NCBI GenBank assembly: GCA_001599295.1
Contig: BCGN01000001.1
Span: forward strand, 1,116,001-1,180,000
Direction: 5' to 3'
Origin: Sporopachydermia quercuum
Taxonomy: Eukaryota
Length of the DNA: 64,000 nucleotides
The notes under the pieces are model-generated. The model did not search any database and was not told where the DNA came from. It was given only the letters and a program-made list of their open reading frames with translations. Below are positions 10,651 to 22,580 of the stretch, in pieces. Positions within the stretch are counted from its first letter, which is position 1. Every line of letters starts with the position of its first letter. The translations under genes and the position numbers were made by a program.

Positions 10651-12920
10651 AACCAATCTTGACTATGCATCTTCACAATTGTTATATATGGATTACTTTG
10701 TATCAACTAATTATCTACTAATAAATCTTTGAATTCACTTTTCTTGCTAATATCTTCTAATTTGCCTTAATTGCAAGAACAAAACAAATACTATATATGT
10801 GTGGAAAAGATACTGTTTCTAGGAAGAACATAGACTAGGAGAATGTGAAAGTCTTCGTTTTTATAGACTAGCCAGCTTTTTTTGTATTTATAATGGGGAA
10901 GCCGCAGGTCATTGATGATGTCATACTATTAGTTGTACAATAGAAGGAGACTTCATGTTAGGGTATTTCAAAACGGGTTTCCGATATTCGGACATCGGAA
11001 TAGATGTGGGCTACCATGCTCAGCTTACATAAATAACAGAAGGAGATAGCCGAATTGACGATGAAAGTATTTCAAGATGTAGAAGAATTTGTCGAGAATG
11101 ATTTGCACAGCGTTTTCATACATGTAAAAGATGCGAATCAAACAATGAGATTGAAGAAGAATGAAGTAATGAATAATAGCATGTCTCTTCAGAATTAATG
11201 TACAACTTTTTACAATAGTAACATGTAGCTAGCAATTTGTCGGACAAGGTTCCTACAGCATTCATATCGGAAGTGGACGAAGTTTTTAGATCTCTCATAC
11301 TCTGATTTAGTATGTATTTGAATATTGAATACTATGCATCCAAGTTGTCATAAATAGATAGATTATTGTAGTGTAGCCACCGACAACCTAGCCCACCAAA
11401 GAAACCAATGATTAAAATTTCACCTGAACTGTAATTACTTATTACCCGAGTTTTCTCTAATTGCTCAATCACGAGACGTTGAAATGCAGTGACATGATGA
11501 CTTGAAACGAATATCTCGTTTATCCTGATATGATATTTTANCTTGTATCATATCCACTGAATAAAACGTCTTGAAATTCTTCTTATCTTTCAACGAATAT
11601 TCATACTTATTCCCTTTCTTTATCTTTTGTCAATTGTTCTTTTTGATTGATAAGAGAATCTTTACCATTAAGTACACAGTTTCCTGCAAGAGCTATATAG
11701 ATCATATGTACAAAACAAACTTTAACCGTTTCTTCCACATTCAGCCTTTTGACTTCCTAAATGTATATTTATCTTCTTTTCTATGTTTTAATTTAATCAA
11801 TTTCCATAAACGAAGATAAAAGGATCCTTTGGTTGGTCAGTTGCTGCACCATAGTTTTAACGATACGATTGTGAGGATGAGGGAGGAACAAAAGAAGAAA
11901 AAAATTAAGANTGCCGAAAGAAATATACTAAAATTTNTTTATTATGAGACATAGCAACACAGGGGTCACATTTGATAGGGCATATATGAAGTTAGCTGAT
12001 GAAATGTGCAAGTCACTTTAAGAAAAGTGGAAATAAGTTGTCTTTCGTATTAATGTTGTTAGATAGGAAGCTGCAAGACACATGAGACGAGACGGACAAG
12101 GTCAATGATTTTCTTTACTGAAGAAACAAGGTCTGTGAGTGTGAACAACCAAATTTTTATGTATTAACCTATTGAGTCATCGATTTTCATTATCTCCCTA
12201 ATGTCACCTAATTGATGTTTTGCAAAATTGGTCTAGATTTTCATTCCTACGGCAGCTGACTATATGGCAACTCCACAAATCAACAAAAAAGCAAAAAAGC
12301 TTAGGAGTTGAGTATAATGAACATTTGATTCATTTGAATATTTTATTTTATANTTTCGCTATGTTCTATTCGTTTTTATTCTTTCTTCTAATACTTGGCT
12401 CCTACTCTTTGCTACTTTACTTTCTTTGCCTTTATCACTTTCCCAACGATAAGTAGATTTTGGTTGCTTACTGATTATATAGAGTAATTTGACTTCCCAA
12501 GTGGTATATTCTAATTATCCATTGTGTTTCTACCAAATTAGGATATGGCTGCTATTATCTTAGAATGCCGTTCCGTACATAATCATTATACTCTACCTCG
12601 AACTACTAGAAACGCAACTCTCTACACACTAAAAAGGATTATTGGCGTCCATATCGCAATTTATTGTAAAGTATTGCAAAAATTATCAGATTGTGTATTC
12701 CNTCTTGTACCATATAAAAGGACCTAAATCCTCAACGTCGATTTTTTTGTTCCTGAATGTTTTTTCCTTTTTAATTGTGAAATACGGAGGTTATACTACT
12801 ATAGAGTTATACCAACTTTCGCTTTAAAGAACAATTAGTTTCATAAAAGAATCAATTGCTTTCGCTCGCTTTCAGAAGACTAATCAACAACGTCTAACAC
12901 AAATCAAACAAATACTCAAA

Positions 12921-13181
12921 ATGGAATTCAAGAAGACTTTAATCTCCACTGCTGCCTTAGTCGCTGCCGTTGCCGCTGCTAACAACACCACCAACAGGTA
13001 TGTAAAACAATTTCAACAATGAAGATTCTGTTCCAAAGGGGAGACATGAGGGGCAAACTAAATACTTATTACTAACATTCATTATAGCACTGTTATTCCT
13101 TCCAATGAAGGTACTGTTGCTGGTATCTCTGCTGCTCTTTTAGGTGCTGCTGTCGCTGGTGTTGTTGCCTTATTATATTAG
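12921..13181 (+). CDS. 56-aa secreted/GPI-type microprotein, DDR2/HOR7-like; exons 12921-12997 and 13088-13181
   Basis: Intron GTATGT (12998)...TACTAAC...TAG (13087). Spliced product MEFKKTLISTAALVAAVAAANNTTNSTVIPSNEGTVAGISAALLGAAVAGVVALLY has a signal peptide, N-glycosylation sequons and a hydrophobic tail. Strong codon bias. Confidence 0.88.
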
Positions 13182-13799
13182 AAGTGTTGTGATAACATCA
13201 TTATAGAGTTAATAGGAATAGGTAGTTCAAGTGTATAATTACTCAGGATAATAATGAATCTACAGATNTTCTAGAATTAACCGCAGTTGTAAGCCTGTAT
13301 TTGGTTAACTCAGTTTGTAACTGATACAAGAATACTGTACATTCGACATAGTACTGGGGGTGTAAACAAAAGNGGCAACATCATGCTCCATATGAGCGAG
13401 GGCTTATAGTCATGTTGAGCTGACTGTTATCGGATGCACTCACTCAATAGTGTTCATTCCTTATAGAGTATGTGAATACTTATCCTAATAAACTACTTGT
13501 TGTTCTCACACTATTTATTGAAGTAGGCTACATTATTTTCAACATCATAATAAACTAGCGCAAAACAGGTGAAATGCTCCATTAACTATACAATAACTCG
13601 TGGAAAGTAGTAATATTTCAGTAGTATNTAGATACAAGATACCTAGAACCAATAGCAGTGAAACATCATTCATGTGTCAATGAAGTCAACCATTAAATAT
13701 AATTGTCCCCTATACTTTTTCCCATTAGCAGAATTTCTTTTTCTGGTTTGGCGGTATGTCATCGATTGTAAACAATCCAAATAAAAATTAATAAATTGT

Positions 13800-14500
13800 C
13801 TATCGTCTTCCGAAACCACCACGTCCACCACTAAAGCCGCCTCTTGAACCACCTCTTGAATTGCCCCTTGAACCGCCTCTTCCACCACTAAAACCACCCC
13901 TGGAACCGCCTCTTCCACCTCTAGCACCGAAGCCTCCAGCACCGAAGCCTCCAGCACCACCTCTTCCACCAAAGCCACCCCTGGCACCACCTCTTCCGCC
14001 TCTGGCACCTTTAGGCTTAGAAACCTTGGTTCCAGGTAATGGCTTAGGCTTGGGCAAAAACCTTTCAAGAGGTAATAGCTTATCAGGCCCTATGAAAAAT
14101 CTGTCACCTTCTTTGAAACTTGTTGCAACAGCTCCTTCTTGAGGTTTTATAGTAAAGAATACTTCATTTAGAGGTCCCAAAATTTCATCAATCTTTCCTA
14201 CTTGAGTCTTGTTCTCTAGATAAATAGGAGCATTGAAGTATGGTATCTTTGTATTGGTTGATCGGCACACTATATCTCCCTCACAAGGATGCACAAAAAC
14301 TCCGATTTCTAAAGTGAAAAGTAATTCAATTGTTAGTAACATTCTCCTCAACTCCTTTGAGCTATAGGTATAATCTTCCTTCTTTCTTCTATAATGTAGG
14401 AAAACTCACCTTGGACTGTATCTGGGGGACCAGCATTAAATGAGGCACCTCCTCGGCCGCCACGAGAGAATCCTCCTCTTCCTCGGCTACCTCTATACAT
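13800..14500 (-). CDS. GAR1: H/ACA snoRNP protein Gar1; exons 14500-14410 and 14308-13800
   Basis: ATG at 14500 ([10 protein letters not shown]...GPPDTVQ). Intron GTGAGT...TACTAAC...TAG at 14409-14309. Core [11 protein letters not shown]...[25 protein letters not shown] and an RGG tail; 199 aa. Confidence 0.96.
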
Positions 14501-14642
14501 TTTATTATTAAACAGAGAAGTATACTATAATGATTAATTAGGATTGTATACACTTTCTAATTCAATTTTTTGAGCTAAAATCATAGTATCTTCATATACA
14601 CTATCGCAATCACATTCTAGCTTTTATGTAACCTCGTTTTAC

Positions 14643-14653
14643 AAAATTTTTCA
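14643..14653 (-). promoter_or_regulatory. RRPE element upstream of GAR1
   Basis: TGAAAAATTTT on the minus strand about 145 bp upstream of the ATG of a ribosome-biogenesis gene. Confidence 0.7.
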
Positions 14654-15206
14654 TTCTCACCATAGGGGCTCCGGGTAACAAAGAAGAGATATGTTCTGAG
14701 ATTACGTGATCATAATAAGCTTTCTTGAACTGAGAGAGTCAATGTGTTTCGCTCGTTACGGTTACTCTTCGAATTATCGGATATAATGCCATGTAATGAA
14801 AAGGAAGAGAACAGTGTGAGTAGAATTATAAAGCAAAAAAGGATTCAACGAGAGAACTGCTGCGGCTATAATGTTAGGTAGCTGTAATAGCATAGTTCTA
14901 GATACAAGTTGTGAGTATACTCAAATATGACCTAGCTTCTGTAAAATCTCCGTTCTTAATATCGTCTCCGAAATTTAGAAGTCTTACCTTCTCATTAATT
15001 CCATTATAACGGTAGGACATAATCAGTCAATGCCGAATGCCGTACTATTGATGTACTAAATTATGTCTCCTTTGTCATCATTAAATCTATTATAANAACC
15101 GTACGAACCCCTCTTTTATATCATTTCGCCTTTCAGCTCTCAGATGATCTAATAATCAGAGCACNTTGAAGGGACGTACTTGGCATTGCATCTCATTCAT
15201 TCAACC

Positions 15207-18200
15207 ATGGAGCATACAACAGTGAAGATTCAAAATCTTTCTAAAGCTTGGGAGAACAAACCCAACAAGTACCACAGATCCAAAGCACAAGGAAGTATTA
15301 AATTAGTTGCTGATGTCTTGGAATTGATAGTGAAATCCAAGTTCAACTTCGCTGCGATACAAGAGCTTGACAGCTCAAAGTACTTTGAGAATCTCTTATG
15401 GCCCATTCTTGATTCAAACTCACCGGAGACAGTATCAACATCAATCGTAGTTTTCCTTCTTTTTAAACATTCACAAGGAATCGACACATTTGAGTTTTTG
15501 AGCAAAANCGAGAAATTGAGTATTCTGGTTCAACAAGTACTGGAGTTAGGCTTGTCAGAATCTAATTATAAAGGATTGATGATTAGCTTCCTTACTCTGT
15601 TATTTGAACACAGTGATTTACCAACTATCAGAAAAGAATGTGCTCCATTGATTTCAGCGCTAATATGGGAAAATCTTTCAAGCCCTACTCTACGAAATGA
15701 TTTATTAATCAATAATGGGCTAAAAGGCTTGTATGATAGACATAAAGCAAAAGCTGACAGTCTCAAGGAAGAAGAAGCGCAGAAACTGAAACTGAGGAAA
15801 TCATGGATATATTTAATAACAGTTCAAACTATTGAGAAGCTTGCTACCAGAAAACTTAACTCAACGGATGAGTCTACCATTGAGAGATTGTTGGAACTTT
15901 TCATAACACTTCTATCAAGACTACCGACCCGACGATTTGTAAATTCACTGCTTAAAGATTTGAACTTGTTAGCACTATTATACCATTATTGGCAGAAACA
16001 GGGAGTATTGTTAGAACTTATAAGAACACTAGATCACTATATTAATTTCAATGTTGACGACTTCACAGGAGAGTCTCTTAATGACACTGAAGTTAGAGAG
16101 AGATATATTAGTTTCGTTACATCCGTCCAACGACTGGCATTCACAAACTATCCAGACTCCTTGAAACTGTTTTCAGTAGGAACAGTTAACTCTCTGAGCA
16201 AGAAAACAGAATTTTTGGAGTATTTCTCAGACCTTTCAGACCCGGAATTCTTTTTTTTCTGTCAGTCAATGAGCATACGCACAGAGTATCCTCTAAGTAA
16301 ATTTAATGTAACAAGAGCAATACTCATTGATTGCTTGTTTGACAAATTAAGGGAACGACAAACGATTAGCAGGCTGTTTAAATCTATTGATAGCTTTCCA
16401 ACGGAATCCACACTATTTGATTATAATANTACGACAATTGCGGGAGATACAGCTAATGGCAAAGACAACAACGATGACTCTAATTTATTCACTAAGCTTG
16501 TTGTTCCCAATCGACATATTATTCCGCTTCCAAAATTATCATCCCAGTATCTAAGTGTGACCGATTTTGCCCTGAGAGCTTTCCAATTACAACGATTAGA
16601 AGAATATTATCAAATTCAATCTAATATAGAAAATGTCTATAAACGAATGAAGCCTCAGAGAAAAGCAGAAACTTCAAATGAGAGTAACTCGTTACTATCA
16701 TCAGTAAAANTTTCCGGTTTCACTAAAATGGCTTTGCCTTTACAGCAAGAGATTGGAATTCTTAATGTAGGTAGAAAAAATATTGGTGAGACGATTCCTT
16801 CTTTTGTTGAAGCTGAAGTGGTAGTTAGTTATCATAATGTTCCAGAAAACGTTCGTAACGAATGGGACTCATTAAGAGACGGAGAAGTAGTATTTCTATT
16901 AGGACTAGATGAACCAAATCTTTTAAGTAAAGATGCATGGGAAAGAAATGGTATAGTTATGTTGTTNTCTGCTCAAGTAATGGAAATTCAAGATGATCAC
17001 GGTACAAAAATTGACCCTAAGCAATTAGCAGAACCCACTAGCATCAATGATGATAAATCAACGAAGGAGAAAAAATATTGGGGAAAGAAGAGACGGTTTA
17101 AATTGAACTTAGATGCTAAACATTTTCAAAATGTGTCAAGGGATGAGATAACTGGAAATCTGAATGTTTTAATGAGAAGAAATCAAAGAGAAAATAATTT
17201 CAAAGCTGTTCTAGATAACGCAAAGGAATTACTATCACTGAATATTGTTTTACCCCAATGGCTTCATGATGTATTTTTAGGATTCGGTAAACCTGGTGTT
17301 TATCACGGTACAACAAGTGAATCAAATAACTCGAATGTATTCTGTGTGAATGACTGTATTAATGATATAACACAGATTGAAGATGCTTACTCCACCTGCT
17401 CAGTTGAAGTGCTAAGTGAAGGTGATGACAATACTAAAGAGTACGTTGTTAAGAAACAGAAGACAAAGAATGGAAGTAGTAGTAAGAAAAGTTACTTCTC
17501 TAAGGACACAGAGAAAGCACTGATTGATCTTTCTGCATATCATGAGGATAAACATATAACGGTAACTATTGAAAAGAAACCATTCAAAGTTTCAAAAGAT
17601 GACTTTAAGAAAGAAGGGAAATTCCAGACTTTGTGTTTAACGCCTAAGCAGTTGAGAAGTGTTTTAAGTGGCTCATATATTGGTTTAACTGTTATAATTG
17701 GACCTCCAGGTACTGGTAAAACTGATGTGGCATGTAACATTGTTAATAATATTTACCAGAATTTCCCTCAAGAGCGAACTTTGATTATTACTCATAGCAA
17801 CCATGCATTAAATCATATTTTCAGCAAAATCAGTCAGTTTGACATAGCAGAAACACATATTTTACGTTTAGGTCATGGTGAAGAGTCATTGGGCGGATTT
17901 ATTAGTAAAGGAAGCAATTTTGATGGTAGTANTAATGCAAATTCATTTAATAGAAATGGTAGAGTTGAATCATTGAAACAACAGGCAGAGGGCCTTTTAG
18001 TTCAGGTNAACCAATTAGCAGAAAGCCTTGATTTTATAGGCGAGCATGGTTCTTCTTGTGAAGCTGCATTACAATTCTACAATTCTGCTGTACTTCCTTT
18101 GATTAATCGATTTAGAGAAGCTATTGAAAATAGCTGCAATAACAAGGGTGATGATACTAAGAATAACAAAGACTCAACATCTGCTGAACCATCTCCGGAA

Positions 18201-19559
18201 ACAATCGAGTTCCCTTTCAAGAAGTTTTACGTACAACTGGGAAAAAATATTTCAATGTTTGAAGATGAGAAATTATTTGCTATTGACAAAGAAAGAGCTA
18301 TTGGATACATTGTGTATATCGAAGAACTGTTCTGCAAGATTAGAGATTATCGTCCATTTGAAGTTATTTATAGCAATAAAGAAAAAGAAAACTATTTCTT
18401 GAAAAAGAGAGCGAAAATCGTTGCCATGACTGCTTCTTATGCCGCCATTAATAGAAAGCAGCTTATAAAAACAGGATTCAACTATGATAATGTGATCATA
18501 GAAGAAGCAGCTCAACTTACGGAGTTAGAAACACTTTTTCCTCTGTGCTTACAACAAACAGATGGTGTTTCAAATAAAAGTATTAAGCGATTAGTTCTGG
18601 TTGGTGACCATCAACAATTGGCACCAATTGTCAAATATGAGCCCCTGAAAGTATTTTCAAGATTAGATACAAGCTTATTCCAAAGATTAGCTACCTCAAG
18701 TTTCGTTCAAGCACACAAGCTTAATAGCCAAGGGAGATGTAGACCTGAGTTATGCCATTTATTCAGCCATATGTATAAAGATGGTGAGAATGAACTACAG
18801 ACATTGCAATATATTCTAGATGATCCAGCTATTCAGAAAGCCAATCCAGGATTCTTTTATGAACAGCAGTTCATTCAGGTTGATGATTTCAATGGTAAAG
18901 GTGAAATCGAGCCTTCTCCTCATATCTTTCAGAATATTGGCGAAGCAGAGTTTGCAGTTGCTTTATATTCATATATGAGATTGATTGGATACCCCAGTGA
19001 AAAAATAGCTATACTGACGATGTATGCTGGACAAAAGTTCTTGATTGAAGAGATTCTAGGTAATAGATGTGGTAAGAAAGGTCAAGGATATAACCCTAAT
19101 AAAGAAAGAGGAATCAAATTCAAATTTGGATGGCCTGAAGTAAGCACTGTGGATAATTACCAAGGACAAGAGAATGACTTTGTTATTCTATCAATGGTAC
19201 GTACTAAGAGATTAGGATATATAAGAGATATCAGAAGATTGACAGTTGCTTTATCAAGAGCACGATTAGGATTTTATACTTTGGGACAAGAGAAGATCCT
19301 AAGGAGCGATGAAGAATTCAGTAATGAATATGTTGAAGCGATTGAAAGGTTATTGAAGAATGGTAGCGAGAATAATCATAGACTGAAGTTAGTAGGTGGT
19401 GAACTGTATGGTAAATGTGGAAGAAAAGCTGGTAAGAAAGGCCATAAGGAGTTAAGGGAGAATCAAATTTTTGAAATGCAAGGTTTGAAACATTTGTCAC
19501 AGTATGTTTATGAAATGACTAAGACAAGAATAGAGAGAGATCGTTCTGATATTGAATGA
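15207..19559 (+). CDS. CWF11: Aquarius/IBP160/Cwf11 spliceosomal SF1 RNA helicase
   Basis: First ATG at 15207, about 1450 aa. N-terminal YFENLLWP and LPTRRFVN, RRNQRENNFKAVL, Walker A GPPGTGKTD, THSNHALN, Aquarius-type IIEEAAQ, VGDHQQLAP, TVDNYQGQENDFVILSMVRT. Confidence 0.93.
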   Translation: MEHTTVKIQNLSKAWENKPNKYHRSKAQGSIKLVADVLELIVKSKFNFAAIQELDSSKYFENLLWPILDSNSPETVSTSIVVFLLFKHSQGIDTFEFLSKXEKLSILVQQVLELGLSESNYKGLMISFLTLLFEHSDLPTIRKECAPLISALIWENLSSPTLRNDLLINNGLKGLYDRHKAKADSLKEEEAQKLKLRKSWIYLITVQTIEKLATRKLNSTDESTIERLLELFITLLSRLPTRRFVNSLLKDLNLLALLYHYWQKQGVLLELIRTLDHYINFNVDDFTGESLNDTEVRERYISFVTSVQRLAFTNYPDSLKLFSVGTVNSLSKKTEFLEYFSDLSDPEFFFFCQSMSIRTEYPLSKFNVTRAILIDCLFDKLRERQTISRLFKSIDSFPTESTLFDYNXTTIAGDTANGKDNNDDSNLFTKLVVPNRHIIPLPKLSSQYLSVTDFALRAFQLQRLEEYYQIQSNIENVYKRMKPQRKAETSNESNSLLSSVKXSGFTKMALPLQQEIGILNVGRKNIGETIPSFVEAEVVVSYHNVPENVRNEWDSLRDGEVVFLLGLDEPNLLSKDAWERNGIVMLXSAQVMEIQDDHGTKIDPKQLAEPTSINDDKSTKEKKYWGKKRRFKLNLDAKHFQNVSRDEITGNLNVLMRRNQRENNFKAVLDNAKELLSLNIVLPQWLHDVFLGFGKPGVYHGTTSESNNSNVFCVNDCINDITQIEDAYSTCSVEVLSEGDDNTKEYVVKKQKTKNGSSSKKSYFSKDTEKALIDLSAYHEDKHITVTIEKKPFKVSKDDFKKEGKFQTLCLTPKQLRSVLSGSYIGLTVIIGPPGTGKTDVACNIVNNIYQNFPQERTLIITHSNHALNHIFSKISQFDIAETHILRLGHGEESLGGFISKGSNFDGSXNANSFNRNGRVESLKQQAEGLLVQXNQLAESLDFIGEHGSSCEAALQFYNSAVLPLINRFREAIENSCNNKGDDTKNNKDSTSAEPSPETIEFPFKKFYVQLGKNISMFEDEKLFAIDKERAIGYIVYIEELFCKIRDYRPFEVIYSNKEKENYFLKKRAKIVAMTASYAAINRKQLIKTGFNYDNVIIEEAAQLTELETLFPLCLQQTDGVSNKSIKRLVLVGDHQQLAPIVKYEPLKVFSRLDTSLFQRLATSSFVQAHKLNSQGRCRPELCHLFSHMYKDGENELQTLQYILDDPAIQKANPGFFYEQQFIQVDDFNGKGEIEPSPHIFQNIGEAEFAVALYSYMRLIGYPSEKIAILTMYAGQKFLIEEILGNRCGKKGQGYNPNKERGIKFKFGWPEVSTVDNYQGQENDFVILSMVRTKRLGYIRDIRRLTVALSRARLGFYTLGQEKILRSDEEFSNEYVEAIERLLKNGSENNHRLKLVGGELYGKCGRKAGKKGHKELRENQIFEMQGLKHLSQYVYEMTKTRIERDRSDIE

Positions 19560-19775
19560 TTAATTCTATGTAGTGTGTAATACGGTGAGGAGGCATATAC
19601 TAAATACATACATTTGCGTTTCTAATTAATCAACTTTAGAACCATCAACGTTAACCTTATCAAGTTAATAATTGTATTCGTAGTAAAACAGATAAAAATT
19701 TGCAAGCCATTAGAGCTAATAACATAACCATTAATTACTAGTGACATATTTGAAAATTCCAGTTGAAAAATATAG

Positions 19776-19847
19776 TCCGAAATAGTGTAATGGTTAGCAC
19801 GGTCCGCTCTCACCGGGCAAATCGGGGTTCAATTCCCCGTTTCGGAG
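19776..19847 (+). tRNA. tRNA-Glu (anticodon CTC)
   Basis: Acceptor TCCGAAA/TTTCGGA, D arm GTGT/GCAC, anticodon arm GTCCG-CTCTCAC-CGGGC, T arm CGGGG-TTCAATT-CCCCG. T-run terminator at about 19855; no intron. Confidence 0.97.
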
Positions 19848-20684
19848 TAATTTATTTTTTATTTATTTATTTTCTCCTAATATATCATTTCTGATGGATT
19901 GATACACTATTATTATTAATCTTCTGCTGCCGTTAGAATATTTCTTAGCGTAATTAAATAGCTCATACAGTGTAATATACAAGAGTCTTCTGTCTTCACT
20001 CACACTTTGTGTGCAATAAGTTTGAAGAGGATGTATACTATTTGCTGAGGGACAACTGGATCGCTCTTCCAGNAAACAACATTATGTCGATTGTTCTTTA
20101 TTAATAAGTTCCTACTGGTAGTTGCAATAGTACAGCTATTTATTAATTGGTTCTAATATTAGCAGGATGTCTTTTTTATCATCAAGCTAATGTCAATTTA
20201 GTTCTACACTTGAACAATTCTTCAATCCTGTATCATAATTTATATTTACTCTGAGAATTTTACCATACCCAATTAAGCCTTTAAACTTACTAATAGCCTT
20301 TGATAGAGATAAATGCATATATACCACTTAGAGAAACCCTATAAAAATGACTAAAAAAAAAAAGAATTAAAAGATCATGTCATGACAGAGCATTTAATTG
20401 AACCTATTGCCCATCACGCAGTCTGAACTTGATTGCAAGTAAAAGTGACAACCTATAAAAAAAGTTGGGTATATTAGAAGCTACAAAAGGAAATCGATCG
20501 AGAATCAAACGGTTGTATGGCTTGATTTCTTGATTCAGCATTTCCTTNATCTCCCAGCAAAAAGAAATAAAAAGCTTCCCGGTGACAATTTTTGCTTGAT
20601 AGCTCATCTACCAGCGATGAGCTAAAAAATAAGATATTCTATTGCTGAGCTGAACCATAACTAGCCCAGTCAACCAACATTCCT

Positions 20685-20972
20685 TCAAGGCAACGTAGCA
20701 AGTAGACTTACAGCTAACCCAGCAGAAAGGACAGGCAACCAAGGGCTTAATTTTTTCCCGATTTCAGAAATGGTAGAAAAACTAGCTGCATTTATCAATG
20801 GTTCAGTCGCACGAGGTTCAGCGTTGATAGAAGGTCTCCTATGAGAATTTGGACTTACAAAGTATTGGAACCCAGGTAAGCTTTCACCCCTAAGCTCCAT
20901 TATGCCTGACACACATACCATTAATACTAGTAAGATTATTACAAGCTGAACTGTTGAAACCAAACTCATCAT
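20685..20972 (-). CDS. Possible 95-aa secreted/GPI-anchored orphan protein
   Basis: ATG start, hydrophobic N-terminus (LVIILLVLMVCVSG), polar middle, small-residue site (NAAS) and hydrophobic C-terminus (WLPVLSAGLAVSLLATLP). No family recognised. Confidence 0.45.
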   Translation of the reverse strand: MMSLVSTVQLVIILLVLMVCVSGIMELRGESLPGFQYFVSPNSHRRPSINAEPRATEPLINAASFSTISEIGKKLSPWLPVLSAGLAVSLLATLP

Positions 20973-21484
20973 AAATTCATAAATGTGTACTTGCTGGATC
21001 TGATCAAGTATTAGATATGAAACACGGTTATCGGTAGCCTTTTATTGTTGAATTGACAAATTATATATCAAAGGCTATGTGTAGTCTGACAGCCTGCTAA
21101 TGCAGTTGGTGTCTGANAGCTTTCTTCTTGGACTTTTTTGATAGACGAAACAATCTTTTAATCGGTGAACAAAAGTTAGCTTTCACGTCAAGAGCGAAAA
21201 GATTAACTCTTACTCTTTATGAGATGAGCCGGTTGCAATATATATGATATAAAGTGAAGTGGTTTGACTGTTTGATGGTTGAAATAAAACAATAAAAATA
21301 ACTCAAACTTATTCATGAATATGTNGATATAAAACAATAGAGTCAAAAACTTTGTTTCAATCGGCAAAGAGAAGAGTAAATGATAATGGTAGTGAGAATA
21401 TCTCAAATGACAGTCATATACATAGGAGAGTGCTATATTCTCTGTTGTCCTTATTTGTCTTTATAGGCCGTATATTAATTAATA

Positions 21485-22580
21485 TTTAGTACGTTGCTTT
21501 CAACGTGTGAAAAATCAGTTGTAATAAAGTTAGTAAACCTCGCTTGAATAATCAGATGAGACGATTTAAAAGAAAGAAAGTTTAGTCTTACGATTTAGTT
21601 AGTTAGTTCGTGCGTAAAGTTTAAATAGTTCAATTTTTAATGCGGTTGTTATTTTAAAGGAATACCTGATCATGAGGTTATTCATAGAACTGGAAAAGGG
21701 CATTTGAATTTTATGAAGAAAAAAAAATTAAAAAGCAAGAAAAAGAACACTACTATAACAATTTTGTTTTGCAAGGCTAACAGAAATTGCTAGTAGTGCT
21801 TTTCTCTGGTGATCATATCAATCAATGGCGTAACATTAACATTGATTTACAAACTTTAGGTTCAAATGGTCAATATTAAGTTGAACGTTTTCAATTTAAA
21901 GTGTGCTTTTGTATGTAAATGATTAAGTTAATGGGAATGTCAACTGACAATCTGATAAACTAAGTTAGAAAGCCATGAAATCAACAGATTAGCCCATCGT
22001 AGCTGATCGATATTAAAATCACATCGCAATGAATAAAGCCTTAAATTTTTTCTGTTAAACCTCATTAAAAAGAGGTTGCGGTTGTGTTTCTTCTTTTATG
22101 TTGATGTCTCTTCTGATCAATTGTATTAATCCCGTATGGTGTTAATGCATAAAAGAATCGTTTGCCACAACAACAATATTGAATAATAGTCTTAGCTCAC
22201 TGGTAGTAGTCCATTATTTGGTGGAGTTAGTAAAGTAGCCAAATTGATTATCATATCATTCAATTTATTGTATCAGTTATAATGATGTTTCAATTAAATA
22301 TGAGAGTAAACATCTAGCTGACTAACCTATTCAAGCGAGTGGACCTGAAATCAACAGTTTGATTTGTGTAACTCCTTACATTACAATAGGTGAACTGTGT
22401 TAAGCTGCATGCAAAGCTGCTTTTCTCATAAAAAGGGCAGCATAAATTAGATAAAAGTCGATACAAGCAATACAGCGAAGCTAGTTACATGAACAAGTAG
22501 TTGAGGAGTTTCGACAACACGATGTCGATCAAAGAGTTTGTTTTGCTAATCAGACTTTAGTTNNATTCACAACCTAAACT
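21485..22580 (+). ncRNA. Candidate about 1.1-kb structured ncRNA (block C)
   Basis: Nested long-range helices 21519-21525/22380-22386, 21539-21550/22328-22339 (12 bp perfect) and 21595-21606/22314-22325 (12 bp). Inner helices 21701-21708/21861-21868, 21748-21755/21791-21798 and 22091-22100/22148-22157. No ORF. Confidence 0.55.

Noticed and set aside
10506..10670. Group I intron P/Q/R-like strings (AGCTGG/TCAGCT, TTGACTA)
   Set aside because: No S element (TAGTC) or convincing P3/P7 downstream, and no interrupted host gene.
11048..11085. Group II domain V-like AGCCGAATTGACGATGAAAGT
   Set aside because: The 3' half does not pair back, and there is no domain VI or GTGYG start.
13670..14142. 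Alternative-frame and antisense ORFs over GAR1
   Set aside because: By-products of the RGG repeat; the other short ORFs inside large genes are likewise shadows.
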